This document shows positions 15,958 to 25,864 of a stretch of DNA of 29,001 nt, piece by piece. The stretch's first letter is position 1, and each line of letters opens with the position of its first letter. Position numbers and translations under genes: made by a program. The notes under the pieces were generated by a model, which was not told where the DNA came from, ran no database searches, and saw only the letters and a program-made list of their open reading frames with translations. The DNA comes from Candidatus Hadarchaeum sp. (GTDB lineage Archaea; Hadarchaeota; Hadarchaeia; Hadarchaeales; Hadarchaeaceae): positions 1-29,001 of the forward strand of contig NZ_JBMFOX010000015.1 of the NCBI RefSeq assembly GCF_049969415.1, written 5' to 3'.

Positions 15958-17355
15958 TTGAGAGATAAAGAAAACCTGTTTAGTATGGATGAAATTTCTC
16001 TGTGCATAAGTTCCCAGACACCCTTGGTAAGGTTCAGCGCCGATTGTGGGGAGATCTTAAGGAAGCGCGGGCTGGTCGGAAAAAGCTTGGATATTTCCAA
16101 CTTCGTCGAGGGTGAGGATTACACGTTCACCGCCGGCGGTGTAACCCGGATGGTTTTTCCCCTGCTCAAGCAGATGCCTGAGCGCGGTTTTCTTAAGAAT
16201 CCCCACTGGGTTTCCCTTAACCCTTTAGCTCCGGAAGAGCTAACCGTGGGAGGCATAACGCTGAACCACGTGAGAATTGATAGGGAGAGACTGGGAGGCT
16301 ACGGCTACACTAAAGAGGCCCTCTGGAGGACTCTGCACGGCATCCTGAAGGAGCCGCCGGAATCAATTTTCTGGCAGGAGGAGTTCGTCGATTACACCTA
16401 CTACAACCGGGTCTGCAGTGAACTCATCACTAAGCTGGATGAAGAAAATGATTTTGACCTGTTCTACATCCATGACTTTCAGCAGCTGCCGCTGGGCCAA
16501 ATGCTGCACACGCTGAAGCCGAAGATTTTCCGGTGGCACATTCCCTTTGATGAGTCCCTGATTCCCGAGGCTTGGAGGCCGGCGCTGGCATCCTATTTCA
16601 ACGAGTACGACGTGGTGGTCGTCAGCTGCAAAAAATATCTGGAGTCGTTGAGGAAGTTTGGTTACTCCGGGGAGGCTCACCATATTTATCCCTACCTTGA
16701 CCTCGGCGCCTACCGGAAGCCCGCCCCTGAAGAGATTGAGAACTTTAACAGAAAGTTTGGGTTAGATCAGGAGGACAGAATCTTGCTGGTGGTAGCCCGG
16801 ATGGACCCCATCAAGGGCCAGGACCGGGCGATAGCGGGGTTTGCCAAGGTGGCTGGGGATTTCCCCGATCTAAAACTGGTTTTGGCCGGGGATGGAAGCT
16901 TCTCCAGCTCCAAGCAGGGTCTCGGGCTTTCCAAGGCGGAGAGATGGCAGGCCGCGTTGAAGGAGTTGGTCCGGGACCTGAGTCTGGAGAAAAGGGTGAT
17001 CTTCACCGGGCATCTGACCCACGCCGAGCTTCAGGCAGCCTACGAGAGGTGTGAGCTGACCATTTTGCCCTCGGTTCTGGAGGGGTTTGGCCTGGTCGTC
17101 ATCGAGGGCTGGCTCTACAAGAAGCCCACGATTGTCAGCGCCAACGCAGGGATTTCCGAGCTGATAAAACACGGAGAAAATGGACTGCTTTTTGACCCCA
17201 ACGACCCCAACGATCTGGCAGATAAGCTTTTTCCCCTGCTGTCAGATCCGGCCCGGGGTGAAGTTCTGGGTGAAAATGGTTATATGGCTTCGGGACAATG
17301 TTCTCTTGAAGAAGGGGTAAAAGCAGAGTTTGAGCTGATGAAGAAATTGGTTTGA
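15958..17355 (+). CDS. GT-B glycosyltransferase (GT4/TreT-like, with OtsA-like N-terminal motifs)
   Basis: AGGV, IHDFQQL, WHIPF, RMDPIKG and EGFGLVVIE. Alternative start ATG 15985. Confidence 0.85.
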   Translation: MRDKENLFSMDEISLCISSQTPLVRFSADCGEILRKRGLVGKSLDISNFVEGEDYTFTAGGVTRMVFPLLKQMPERGFLKNPHWVSLNPLAPEELTVGGITLNHVRIDRERLGGYGYTKEALWRTLHGILKEPPESIFWQEEFVDYTYYNRVCSELITKLDEENDFDLFYIHDFQQLPLGQMLHTLKPKIFRWHIPFDESLIPEAWRPALASYFNEYDVVVVSCKKYLESLRKFGYSGEAHHIYPYLDLGAYRKPAPEEIENFNRKFGLDQEDRILLVVARMDPIKGQDRAIAGFAKVAGDFPDLKLVLAGDGSFSSSKQGLGLSKAERWQAALKELVRDLSLEKRVIFTGHLTHAELQAAYERCELTILPSVLEGFGLVVIEGWLYKKPTIVSANAGISELIKHGENGLLFDPNDPNDLADKLFPLLSDPARGEVLGENGYMASGQCSLEEGVKAEFELMKKLV

Positions 17356-17367
17356 TTTGAAGTTTAG

Positions 17368-18129
17368 GTGCAGGAGATGAACCTAAACGATCTGTTGCCA
17401 GAACTAGCAGTATTCGCTGCCACAGTATTGGTTACCTTTTTCGTCGTCAAAATTTTCAACTTGGTTGTCCGCGGAATGTTTAGGAACTGGGTGCCCGCGG
17501 TGAGGTCCCACATTCAAAAATTGGTCTCGATCACCATCTGGGCAATTGGCCTCATTTTTGCCTTTCAGCGGCTAGGGCTTCAGCTGAACTTTCTGCTCCT
17601 GATCTTAGGATTGATCGGGCTGGGCGTGTTGATAGCGCTCAAGGACACCCTTGAGAATATCGGTGCCAAATATTTTTCCGACGTTTACGTGCCGTTCAAG
17701 GTTGGGGACATCATCAAGGTTGCCGGCAGTACCGGCAAGGTGATTGAAATAAATCCGATAACGACCGTTCTGCTGACAAAAAATGAAGAGGTGGTTTCCA
17801 TCCCCAACTCACTGTTTCTCAGGGAAAAAATGAAGAACATCACGCCTCACGTTTGGCGGGAGATATTGGTCCCGATAACGATTGACAGCAAAATTGATTT
17901 ACCCGAATTTGAGAGCAAGGTGATGGCGGCGTGCAACAAGATCAAAAAATATCTCGATGAACGTTTCCCCCCGGTTTTAACGGTGAAGGGCCGAAACCGA
18001 AGATCGGTGAACTTGGTTTTGACCCTGATGGTGAAGGATCCCGATAAGAAGAGCGAGATCATCGATGAGGTGAACCGAAAGATTTCCGAAATAGAGCATA
18101 AGATGATCCGAAGGACTCGCCAAGAGTAG
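17368..18129 (+). CDS. Small-conductance mechanosensitive channel (MscS family)
   Basis: Three TM segments, then PFKVGDII.V....GKV.EI....T......V.IPNS. Confidence 0.88.
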   Translation: MQEMNLNDLLPELAVFAATVLVTFFVVKIFNLVVRGMFRNWVPAVRSHIQKLVSITIWAIGLIFAFQRLGLQLNFLLLILGLIGLGVLIALKDTLENIGAKYFSDVYVPFKVGDIIKVAGSTGKVIEINPITTVLLTKNEEVVSIPNSLFLREKMKNITPHVWREILVPITIDSKIDLPEFESKVMAACNKIKKYLDERFPPVLTVKGRNRRSVNLVLTLMVKDPDKKSEIIDEVNRKISEIEHKMIRRTRQE

Positions 18130-18158
18130 TCGAAACTTGAACATCGTTTGGCAAAAGA

Positions 18159-19199
18159 TCAGGCCTGAGATGTTTCCTTCAAGTAAACTGTCCTTATCGG
18201 GAAGGGGATCACGATTCCCTCTTCCTTGTATCTCTTATGCAGGGCCTTGATGAACTCATGGATTACCAGGTACCGGTCCACGTATTCCTTTACCCGCAGG
18301 ATTACGGTGAAGTTGATGCTGAAGTCGCCGAAGGTATGGTACCGGATAAAGGGTTCGAATTCGGGCACGCCGCCCTTCACTTTTTTCAGGATCTCCTTGG
18401 CCACTTCAATGGTCACCCGCTCCACCTTTTCCAGGTCGCTGTCATAACTTACTCCGACCTGAACCAGCACGGACATTTCAGGTTGCGGCATGTGGTAATC
18501 GACGACGATAGACCCGGCCATCTTGGAGTTGGGCACGGTGATGATGTTGTTGGAGAGTTCTCTGATCCTGGTGCTTCTCCAGCCGATGTCGACTACATAA
18601 CCCTCCTGTCCCGTGTCCAGTTTGATGTAATCCCCAATTCTGATCGGTTTGTCCGTCATCAGGTACATGCCGGCAAAAAACTGGGAGAGCGTCTCCTGCA
18701 GGGCAAAGGCAATGGCAATGCCTCCGATGCCCAGCCCGGCGACGAGGGCGGTGACGTCGATGCCCAGTCCGTGGAGGATGAGGACGAAGGCAATAAAGTA
18801 GATGATGATATTTAAAGCCCTCATCAAAATCGGAGTCAGACCCTTGGTGCTGGGATGGATGACCTCATAATGCCTCAGCAGCCCGGTGATGACCCTGACC
18901 AGGGCAACGGTCGCGATAAGGACGATGATGACATAGCTGATGGTGGGGAGGTACTGTCCGATGATGTCCTGGGGCAGGGGGGCATGGGCTAAGGCATAAT
19001 TTGCCCCAATCACCAGGAATATCAGGACAATGGGGGTTTTGATGGCCCCCAAGATGATGTCGTCCAGCTTGGTCTTCGTCCTCCGGGTCAACTTGGTTAG
19101 ATAGACGCCCAGAATTACTCTGATCAGATATCCACCCAAGAGAAAACCGGCGAAGATCAGGATGGGGACCAGAATTTGCCAGATTTCCTCGATCGTCAT
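18159..19199 (-). CDS. Mechanosensitive channel, MscS family (five TM)
   Basis: LVAGLGIGGIAIAFALQETLS, DKPIRIGD, DIGWRST, VPNS, VGVSYDSD and GIVIPFP. Confidence 0.93.
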   Translation of the reverse strand: MTIEEIWQILVPILIFAGFLLGGYLIRVILGVYLTKLTRRTKTKLDDIILGAIKTPIVLIFLVIGANYALAHAPLPQDIIGQYLPTISYVIIVLIATVALVRVITGLLRHYEVIHPSTKGLTPILMRALNIIIYFIAFVLILHGLGIDVTALVAGLGIGGIAIAFALQETLSQFFAGMYLMTDKPIRIGDYIKLDTGQEGYVVDIGWRSTRIRELSNNIITVPNSKMAGSIVVDYHMPQPEMSVLVQVGVSYDSDLEKVERVTIEVAKEILKKVKGGVPEFEPFIRYHTFGDFSINFTVILRVKEYVDRYLVIHEFIKALHKRYKEEGIVIPFPIRTVYLKETSQA

Positions 19200-19255
19200 C
19201 TTAGCACCGCTTCTTTTCAGATAAATTATATCCTCAAAAATATAACAATGACTGT

Positions 19256-20050
19256 GTGCGGCTCATGCAATCCCTGTTCAATCTCTTAAGTTACCCTTCC
19301 AAGTTGAAAAATCTGTTCTGGTTCTTTGACTACGACGGAACGCTAACCCCAATTGTCAGTGAACCGGAGCGGGCGACACTGGGCCCCGAGATGAAGAGGT
19401 TGCTGGATCTCCTGTCGGGAAGATTCAAGGTGGCGGTGATAAGCGGCAGGCCGCTGGCGGAGATGGAAAGGCTGGTCCCGCTGAAAGAAATCTACTATGC
19501 GGGCAATCATGGCTTTGAGATAAAGGGACCGGGAATAAATTTCGTTTTGCCCGAGGCGGAACTAGCGCGCCCGCTCATCTCCAGGATATGCGCCGAGCTC
19601 CAGGAGAGGCTGGGCCAGTTCTCCGGCTTGATTGTGGAGGGGAAGGGATTGACCGCAAGCCTCCACTATCGGTGTGTGGCTCCCGAGGAGGTCGACCGGT
19701 TGGCAAAAATTTTTTATCGTATCGTTCGCCCCCATGTCGCCTCCGGTTTGGTCCGGATAACCGGAGGGAAGAAGGTCTGGGAAATAAGGCCGAACGTCAG
19801 CTGGGACAAGGGAAAGGCGGTGAGATGGATGCTCGACGTCGCGGATCCCCGAAAAAGGCTATTGCCGATCTACTTCGGTGACGACACAACCGACGAGGAT
19901 GCTTTTCTCGCGCTGAGAGATTTGGGGATAACGGTTCTGGTGGCCAGGGGTCGGAGGAGGACAAACGCGGAATTCTTTTTGAGGGATGTCGACGAGGTCA
20001 AAAGTTTCCTTGAAATCTTTTTGAAGAGCCGCGCAACGCCGCGGCGGTAA
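19256..20050 (+). CDS. otsB: Trehalose-6-phosphate phosphatase (HAD IIB)
   Basis: FDYDGTLTPIV, VAVISGR, YAGNHG.EI, SLHYR, GKKVWEIRP...WDKGKAV and YFGDDTTDEDAF. Alternative start ATG 19265. Confidence 0.92.
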   Translation: MRLMQSLFNLLSYPSKLKNLFWFFDYDGTLTPIVSEPERATLGPEMKRLLDLLSGRFKVAVISGRPLAEMERLVPLKEIYYAGNHGFEIKGPGINFVLPEAELARPLISRICAELQERLGQFSGLIVEGKGLTASLHYRCVAPEEVDRLAKIFYRIVRPHVASGLVRITGGKKVWEIRPNVSWDKGKAVRWMLDVADPRKRLLPIYFGDDTTDEDAFLALRDLGITVLVARGRRRTNAEFFLRDVDEVKSFLEIFLKSRATPRR

Positions 20051-20114
20051 GCGACGGGCCCAAGTCGCAGGAAGAGAGTCCGCCATGGTCGAATGTTTTG
20101 ACGAGGCCGCTTGA

Positions 20115-21083
20115 TCATTTCAGTTTAGCGCCGATGAGGCCGAAGTGCGCCAGCATGGCCTCGAGCTGGATCCTCTCGTTGGCGCCCTGGACCAGCCTGA
20201 AGGAGAACTCCCCGATTTTGTCCAGAATTTCCACCTTGACATTCTCCGGCAGTTTGAGGTTGAAGATTTCCCGGTGGACCTGCTCGATGATGTCCTCGCC
20301 GGCCAGCCCCCTGTCGATGAGGAGCTCTTGCAGCTTCTTTCTCGCCTCCTCGAATTTTCCGGAGAGGGCGAGCTCCAGCATTTGCCGGACCTCCTCGGGC
20401 TTCGCCGCCGCGCTGACCTCATAGACGGTCTTCTCGGTTATCCTCTTGCTCAGCGCCGCCGCGGCCTGGAGGATGTTTATCGCCTTCCTCAGGTCGCCCT
20501 CGCTCAGGTAGGCTATCGCCTGCACCGCCTCGGGCGTCACCGTCAGCTTCTCCTCCTTGGCGATTCTCTTGAACATCTGCTCGATGTCCTTGTCGGTGAG
20601 GCGCCGGAACCTGAAGACGGCGCAGCGCGATTGAATGGGCTCGATGATGCGGCTGGAGTAGTTGCAGTCAAGGATGAAGCGCGTCGTCTGGGTGAACATC
20701 TCCATCGTCCGGCGCAGGGCATTCTGGGCGTCGGCCGTGAGGGCATCGCTTTCGTCCAGCAGGATGATCTTGTAGGGGAAGTCCCCGATGGGCCTGGTCC
20801 TGGCGTAATCCTTCACCTTGGTCCGGATTGTGTCGATTCCGCGCTCATCGCTCGCGTTGAGCTCGAGCATGTTCTGGCGCCAGCTCTCCCCGAACAGCTC
20901 CCGCGCGATGCAGAGCGCGGCCGTGGTTTTTCCGGTTCCCGCGGGCCCGGCAAAGAGCAGGTTGGGCAGCGACTTCTTCTCCACAAAGCTCTTCAACCTG
21001 GTGACGATTTCCTCCTGTCCCACCATTTCATCGAGCTTCTTGGGACGGTACTTTTCCACCCAGATTTCGTCCACTTCAGCCAT
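20115..21083 (-). CDS. rfcS: Replication factor C small subunit
   Basis: WVEKYRP, GPAGTGKTT, LELNASDERGID, LDESDALT and IQSRC. No intein. Confidence 0.96.
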   Translation of the reverse strand: MAEVDEIWVEKYRPKKLDEMVGQEEIVTRLKSFVEKKSLPNLLFAGPAGTGKTTAALCIARELFGESWRQNMLELNASDERGIDTIRTKVKDYARTRPIGDFPYKIILLDESDALTADAQNALRRTMEMFTQTTRFILDCNYSSRIIEPIQSRCAVFRFRRLTDKDIEQMFKRIAKEEKLTVTPEAVQAIAYLSEGDLRKAINILQAAAALSKRITEKTVYEVSAAAKPEEVRQMLELALSGKFEEARKKLQELLIDRGLAGEDIIEQVHREIFNLKLPENVKVEILDKIGEFSFRLVQGANERIQLEAMLAHFGLIGAKLK

Positions 21084-21218
21084 GAAAATCTCCCAGTGGA
21101 GCATTTTCGTCTTCCCCGTTAAATCACTTTGGGAGCCGGCCGGCAGGGGTTATCACCGGCACGGAAACCTGCAGCGAGATTTTTAGGAACCAATCACAAT
21201 TACTTTCGGGTTGATGGC

Positions 21219-24200
21219 ATGATCCAACCGGCAGCCAAGGTCTACGACGCCAAGAAGGCCGAGCGCGAGGTGCAGGAGTGGTGGCTTTCCGCCGGGATCT
21301 ATGAAAAGGTGAAGCGGTCGCGGGAGGGTGGCAGAGTGTGGTATTTCCTCGACGGCCCTCCCTACGCCAGCGGCAGCATTCACTTGGGCACGGCCTGGAA
21401 CAAGATAATCAAGGATGCGGTCCTCAGATACCAGACCATGCGCGGGCTGAACGTCCGGCGCCAGCCCGGTTGGGATTGCCACGGCCTGCCCATTGAGGTC
21501 AAGGTCGAGGAGCTGCTCGGGATCAGGTCCAAGAAGGACATCGAGCAGAGGATAGGGGTCGAGGCCTTCGTCGAGCAGTGCAAAAAATGGGCCACCGATC
21601 ACGTCAGGATCATGACCGAGCAATTCAAGGAGCTCGGGGTCTGGATGGACTGGGATGACCCCTACATCACCTTCGCCAGGGATTACATCGAGTCCGCCTG
21701 GTGGACCCTCAAGAAGGCCCACGAGCAGGGGCTGGTCAGGAAGGACCTGAGGGTGATTCACTGGTGCCCCCGCTGCGAGACGGCGCTGGCCGAGCATGAG
21801 GTCCGGGGCGAGTACCAGAACGTCAGCGACCCCTCACTCTACGTCAGGTTCCGGCTTCGCGATCGCCCCAATGAATATCTGCTGGTCTGGACGACGACCC
21901 CCTGGACCCTCCCCGCCGACCTCGCCGTCTGCGTCAACCCGGACTACGATTATTCTGAGGTCGAGATCGGCGGTGATATCTACATCCTGGCCACGGCGCT
22001 TGTGGAGAAGGTGATGAAGGACTTGGGCATCAGCGACTATCGAGAGGTGGGTTCGGTCAAGGGGGCCACCCTGGAGGGGATGTGGTACGAGCACCCCCTG
22101 CTGGACGAGGTCCCCAAGCAGCGGGAGTTCGTGGACCACCATCGCGTCATCCTCGGCAGCCATGTGACGCTGGACGAAGGTACCGGCTGCGTTCACACCG
22201 CCCCCGGTCACGGTGAGGAGGACTTTGAGGTGGGGTTGAGGTACGGGCTGCCGGTGTTCAGCCCGGTGGGTCCTGACGGCAGGTTCACCGAGGAGGCAGG
22301 AAAATATGCCGGGATGTTCGTGAAAGAGGCGGACCGCGTCATCTTGGAAGACCTTCAGAGAAAAGGTCTGCTCGTGAAGGCGGGGACGCTGGTGCACCAG
22401 TATCCCCACTGCTGGAGGTGCCAGTCGCCGCTCCTCTTCAGGGCCACCGAGCAGTGGTTCTTGAAGGTGGGGGAGATAAAGTCGAGCATCATCCAGAAGA
22501 ACGCGGAGAGGGTGAAGTGGGTCCCGGACTGGGCGACAATTCGTTACGCGAACGGCGTGGAGTCAGTGGGTGACTGGTGTATCTCCCGCCAGCGCTACTG
22601 GGGCATCCCCCTGCCCATCTGGATTTGCGGGCAGTGCCAGCACTTAGTGGTGGTGGGGAGCCTAGAGGAGCTCTCTGCCCTCTCGCCGCAACCGTTGGGC
22701 GAGATCGACCTCCACCGCCCCCACGTTGATCGCGTAGAGATCAGGTGTCCCAAATGTGGCGGGACTTCACGGCGGGTCCCCGATGTTCTCGATGTCTGGT
22801 TCGACTCCGGCATCGCCTCCTGGGCCAGCCTGGGCTATCCGAAGAGGAAGGAACCGTTCAGCCAGATCTGGCCCAGCGACTTTGTCACCGAGGGCGAGGA
22901 CCAGGTGACCAAGTGGTTCTACAGCCAGCAGGTGGTTTCCATCGCGGCCTTTGGCGACGTTCCCTACAAGAGGGTGCTGATGCACGGCTTTGCCCTTGAT
23001 GAAAAGGGCCGGAAAATGTCGAAGTCGCTGGGGAACGTGGTTACTCCTGAGGACGTTACTAGGAAAAACGGGGTCGACGTTCTCCGCCTCTACATCCTCG
23101 GGGCCAACCCGCCATGGGAGGACCTGAAGTTCAGCTGGAAGGGCCTCGAGGTGGTCCAGAAGATGATCGGGGTGCTCTGGAACGTTCACGTCTTTGCCAC
23201 GACCTACATGTCTCTGGATGAGTTTGACCCTAGGAAAGTGGACTGGGAGAAGGTCAGCGCCAGCTTGTTGCCCGAGGATCGGTGGATGATTTCCAGGATC
23301 AACAGCGTCGTCCGGGAGGTGACCCGGGCGATGGAGGACCTCAACCTGCACATCGCGGTCAGGTCCCTTTCCAACTTCGTCCTCGAGGACCTCAGCCGGT
23401 GGTACGTCCGCTCGGTCAGAGAAAGGGTCTGGATTGAGAAGGAGGATCCAAAGAAGCTCGCCGCCTACGTGGTGCTCTACCAGGCCCTGCATGTCTTGAT
23501 CAGGCTGCTGGCCCCGTTCGCCCCCCACCTCTGCGAGGTCATCTACCGCGATCTGGTCAAGTCCGTGGACTCTAATAGCCCGGAGAGCGTCCACATGCTA
23601 CCCTGGCCGTCGGCGGATGAAGGCGCGATAGACGTCAGGCTCGAACAGGGCATGAGGGCGGTCCGGGCCTTCGTGGAAGCCGGGGCCTCAGCCAGACAGC
23701 AGTTCCGGCTCAAGCTCAGGTGGCCGGTGAAGCGGGTCTCCATCAAGGCCGCCTCGGCGGAAGTTCTCGAGATGATTAAAGATCTTAGCGAGCTGCTGCA
23801 GGATCAGCTGAACTGCAAGGAGCTGGTGCTCCTGGGCCCTGATGAGGAGCTTGGTGAGCTGAGGCTGAAGATCAGGCTGGCGGAGGAGCAGTTCCGGCAG
23901 AGGTTTGGCGAGATCGCGGAGAAGGTGATGGAGCTGGTCAAGGGCATGGACGCCTGGAGGCTTTTCGAGCAGCTGAACCGACACGGCTTCGTCGGCCTGC
24001 AGTTCGACGGTTTTAAGCTCAGCATTCCCAAGGACTTCATCTCGTTCGAAGAGGAGCCGGCGGAGGGGTTTGCCCTGGTGCAGACCGAGTTCGGGAAGCT
24101 GCTCTTGGACACCAGGATGACCCCGGAGCTGGAGGCGGAGTCGCTGGCCCGGGAGCTGGTCCGAAGGCTGCAGATGATGCGGAAGGAGATGGAGCTGGGG

Positions 24201-24410
24201 ATGGAGGAAAGGGTCGATGTCGTTATCGGATTTCCCAGCCAGGCTGATCTGGAGAGTTTGAGCGCCCAGCAGGAATACATCTCCCGGGAGGTCCGCGTGA
24301 GAAATCTGCGCCTCCGCCTGCTGAATGACGTGGCCGGCGAGGGTTATCTCAAGGACTGGAACATCGACGGGGAGAGCTTCAGGTTGCTGGTGAAGAAGGT
24401 CGTTTCTTAG
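21219..24410 (+). CDS. ileS: Isoleucyl-tRNA synthetase
   Basis: DGPPYASG.IHLGT (HIGH), GWDCHGLPIE, WTTTPWT editing motif, GTGCVHTAPGHG, DWCISRQRYWG and KMSKS. ATG 21219 is more plausible than 21129. Confidence 0.97.
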   Translation: MIQPAAKVYDAKKAEREVQEWWLSAGIYEKVKRSREGGRVWYFLDGPPYASGSIHLGTAWNKIIKDAVLRYQTMRGLNVRRQPGWDCHGLPIEVKVEELLGIRSKKDIEQRIGVEAFVEQCKKWATDHVRIMTEQFKELGVWMDWDDPYITFARDYIESAWWTLKKAHEQGLVRKDLRVIHWCPRCETALAEHEVRGEYQNVSDPSLYVRFRLRDRPNEYLLVWTTTPWTLPADLAVCVNPDYDYSEVEIGGDIYILATALVEKVMKDLGISDYREVGSVKGATLEGMWYEHPLLDEVPKQREFVDHHRVILGSHVTLDEGTGCVHTAPGHGEEDFEVGLRYGLPVFSPVGPDGRFTEEAGKYAGMFVKEADRVILEDLQRKGLLVKAGTLVHQYPHCWRCQSPLLFRATEQWFLKVGEIKSSIIQKNAERVKWVPDWATIRYANGVESVGDWCISRQRYWGIPLPIWICGQCQHLVVVGSLEELSALSPQPLGEIDLHRPHVDRVEIRCPKCGGTSRRVPDVLDVWFDSGIASWASLGYPKRKEPFSQIWPSDFVTEGEDQVTKWFYSQQVVSIAAFGDVPYKRVLMHGFALDEKGRKMSKSLGNVVTPEDVTRKNGVDVLRLYILGANPPWEDLKFSWKGLEVVQKMIGVLWNVHVFATTYMSLDEFDPRKVDWEKVSASLLPEDRWMISRINSVVREVTRAMEDLNLHIAVRSLSNFVLEDLSRWYVRSVRERVWIEKEDPKKLAAYVVLYQALHVLIRLLAPFAPHLCEVIYRDLVKSVDSNSPESVHMLPWPSADEGAIDVRLEQGMRAVRAFVEAGASARQQFRLKLRWPVKRVSIKAASAEVLEMIKDLSELLQDQLNCKELVLLGPDEELGELRLKIRLAEEQFRQRFGEIAEKVMELVKGMDAWRLFEQLNRHGFVGLQFDGFKLSIPKDFISFEEEPAEGFALVQTEFGKLLLDTRMTPELEAESLARELVRRLQMMRKEMELGMEERVDVVIGFPSQADLESLSAQQEYISREVRVRNLRLRLLNDVAGEGYLKDWNIDGESFRLLVKKVVS

Positions 24411-24448
24411 CCCATTGGTTCACTGATATAAGTGAGTAGCTGCCAAGT

Positions 24449-25738
24449 TTGATGGGGATACGGTTGCCGAGATCTGATATCTCCGGGTTCTACCGGTTGA
24501 GCCCCAAGGAAAGGCTGAAGCTGGTTAAGGAGTTTGCCGGGCTGGACGATGCCGAGGCGGAGCTACTGCAAAGGGCCGGGGCCTTAACCTTGGAGCAGGC
24601 CGACCGCATGATTGAAAATGTAATTGGAGTAACCTCTTTCCCGCTGGGGATAGCCGCCAATTTTCTCATCAACGGCAGGGATTATCTCATCCCGATGGTC
24701 CTCGAGGAGCCCTCGGTGGTGGCGGCCGCTTCTAATGCAGCCAAGATGGCCCGTGTGAGGGGCGGCTTTCAGACCGAGAGCACCCCGCCGGTGATGATCG
24801 GCCAGATCCAGCTCGTCGATGTCGCGGACCCCAAGGTCGCTAGGGAAAAAATCCTTCGGGAGACGGGCCGGATCTTAGCCAAGGCCAACGATCAGGACCC
24901 GGTGCTGGTGAAGCTGGGCGGAGGAGCGGTGGGTCTTGAGGTCAGAGTTCTCAGCACCGCAGTCGGACCAATGGTGATAGTTCATCTTTTGGTGGACGTC
25001 AGGGATGCCATGGGGGCTAATGTCGTCAACACGATGTGCGAGGCGGTGGCTCCGGTGATCGAGGAGATCACCGGCGGCCGGGTCTTCCTGAGGATAGTTT
25101 CCAACCTCGCCGTTCACCGCTTGGCCCGGGCCAGGGCGGTTTTCGCCAAGGAGGCGCTGGGCGGCGACGAGGTGGTCGATGGAATTCTGAAGGCCTATGA
25201 GTTTGCCGTGGCCGATCCTTTTCGGTGTGCGACCCACAATAAGGGGATAATGAACGGTGTCATCGCGGTTGCCTTGGCCACATTGAACGACACCCGAGCG
25301 CTTGAGGCCGGGGCCCACGCCTACGCCGCGCTCGGCGGCGGCTACCGCCCGCTGAGCCACTGGTGCCGGACCCCTGAAGGGGATCTCGCCGGCAGCATCG
25401 AGCTTCCGGTGGCCGTGGGCGTCATCGGCGGAGCCACGGCAGTCCATCCCGTCGCTAAGATCTGCCGCAAGATCCTCGGGATGCCTTCGGCCCGACAGCT
25501 GGGGGAGATAATGGCCGCGGTGGGTCTGGCGAACAACCTGGCGGCGATGCGGGCGCTGGCGACCGAGGGCATTCAGGCCGGCCACCTTAAGCTGCATGCC
25601 AGAAATATCGCGGTGACGGCCGGGGCCGAGGGAGAACTGGTCGATATCGTGGCCCGGCGAATGATTGAGGAGAAGAAGATCAGTTATGACCGGGCCCTGG
25701 CCATCCTCAAGGAGATCAAGGGCTCGCGGCAGCAATAG
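24449..25738 (+). CDS. mvaA: HMG-CoA reductase, class II (bacterial MvaA type)
   Basis: MIENVIG, EEPSVVAAAS, DAMGAN, THNKGIMNG and EGIQAGHLKLHARN. Confidence 0.92.
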   Translation: MMGIRLPRSDISGFYRLSPKERLKLVKEFAGLDDAEAELLQRAGALTLEQADRMIENVIGVTSFPLGIAANFLINGRDYLIPMVLEEPSVVAAASNAAKMARVRGGFQTESTPPVMIGQIQLVDVADPKVAREKILRETGRILAKANDQDPVLVKLGGGAVGLEVRVLSTAVGPMVIVHLLVDVRDAMGANVVNTMCEAVAPVIEEITGGRVFLRIVSNLAVHRLARARAVFAKEALGGDEVVDGILKAYEFAVADPFRCATHNKGIMNGVIAVALATLNDTRALEAGAHAYAALGGGYRPLSHWCRTPEGDLAGSIELPVAVGVIGGATAVHPVAKICRKILGMPSARQLGEIMAAVGLANNLAAMRALATEGIQAGHLKLHARNIAVTAGAEGELVDIVARRMIEEKKISYDRALAILKEIKGSRQQ

Positions 25739-25864
25739 CACGGCAGAAAAAATTTTTAGGAGTCACTTAAATCAAAATACCCCTTCGATTGGTGGTTAGA
25801 GGTTGAGCCCTAAGTTTTCAAAAATCTCTATAAGTTTGAAGGCGCAGTTCTTTCGGGGCTGGAC

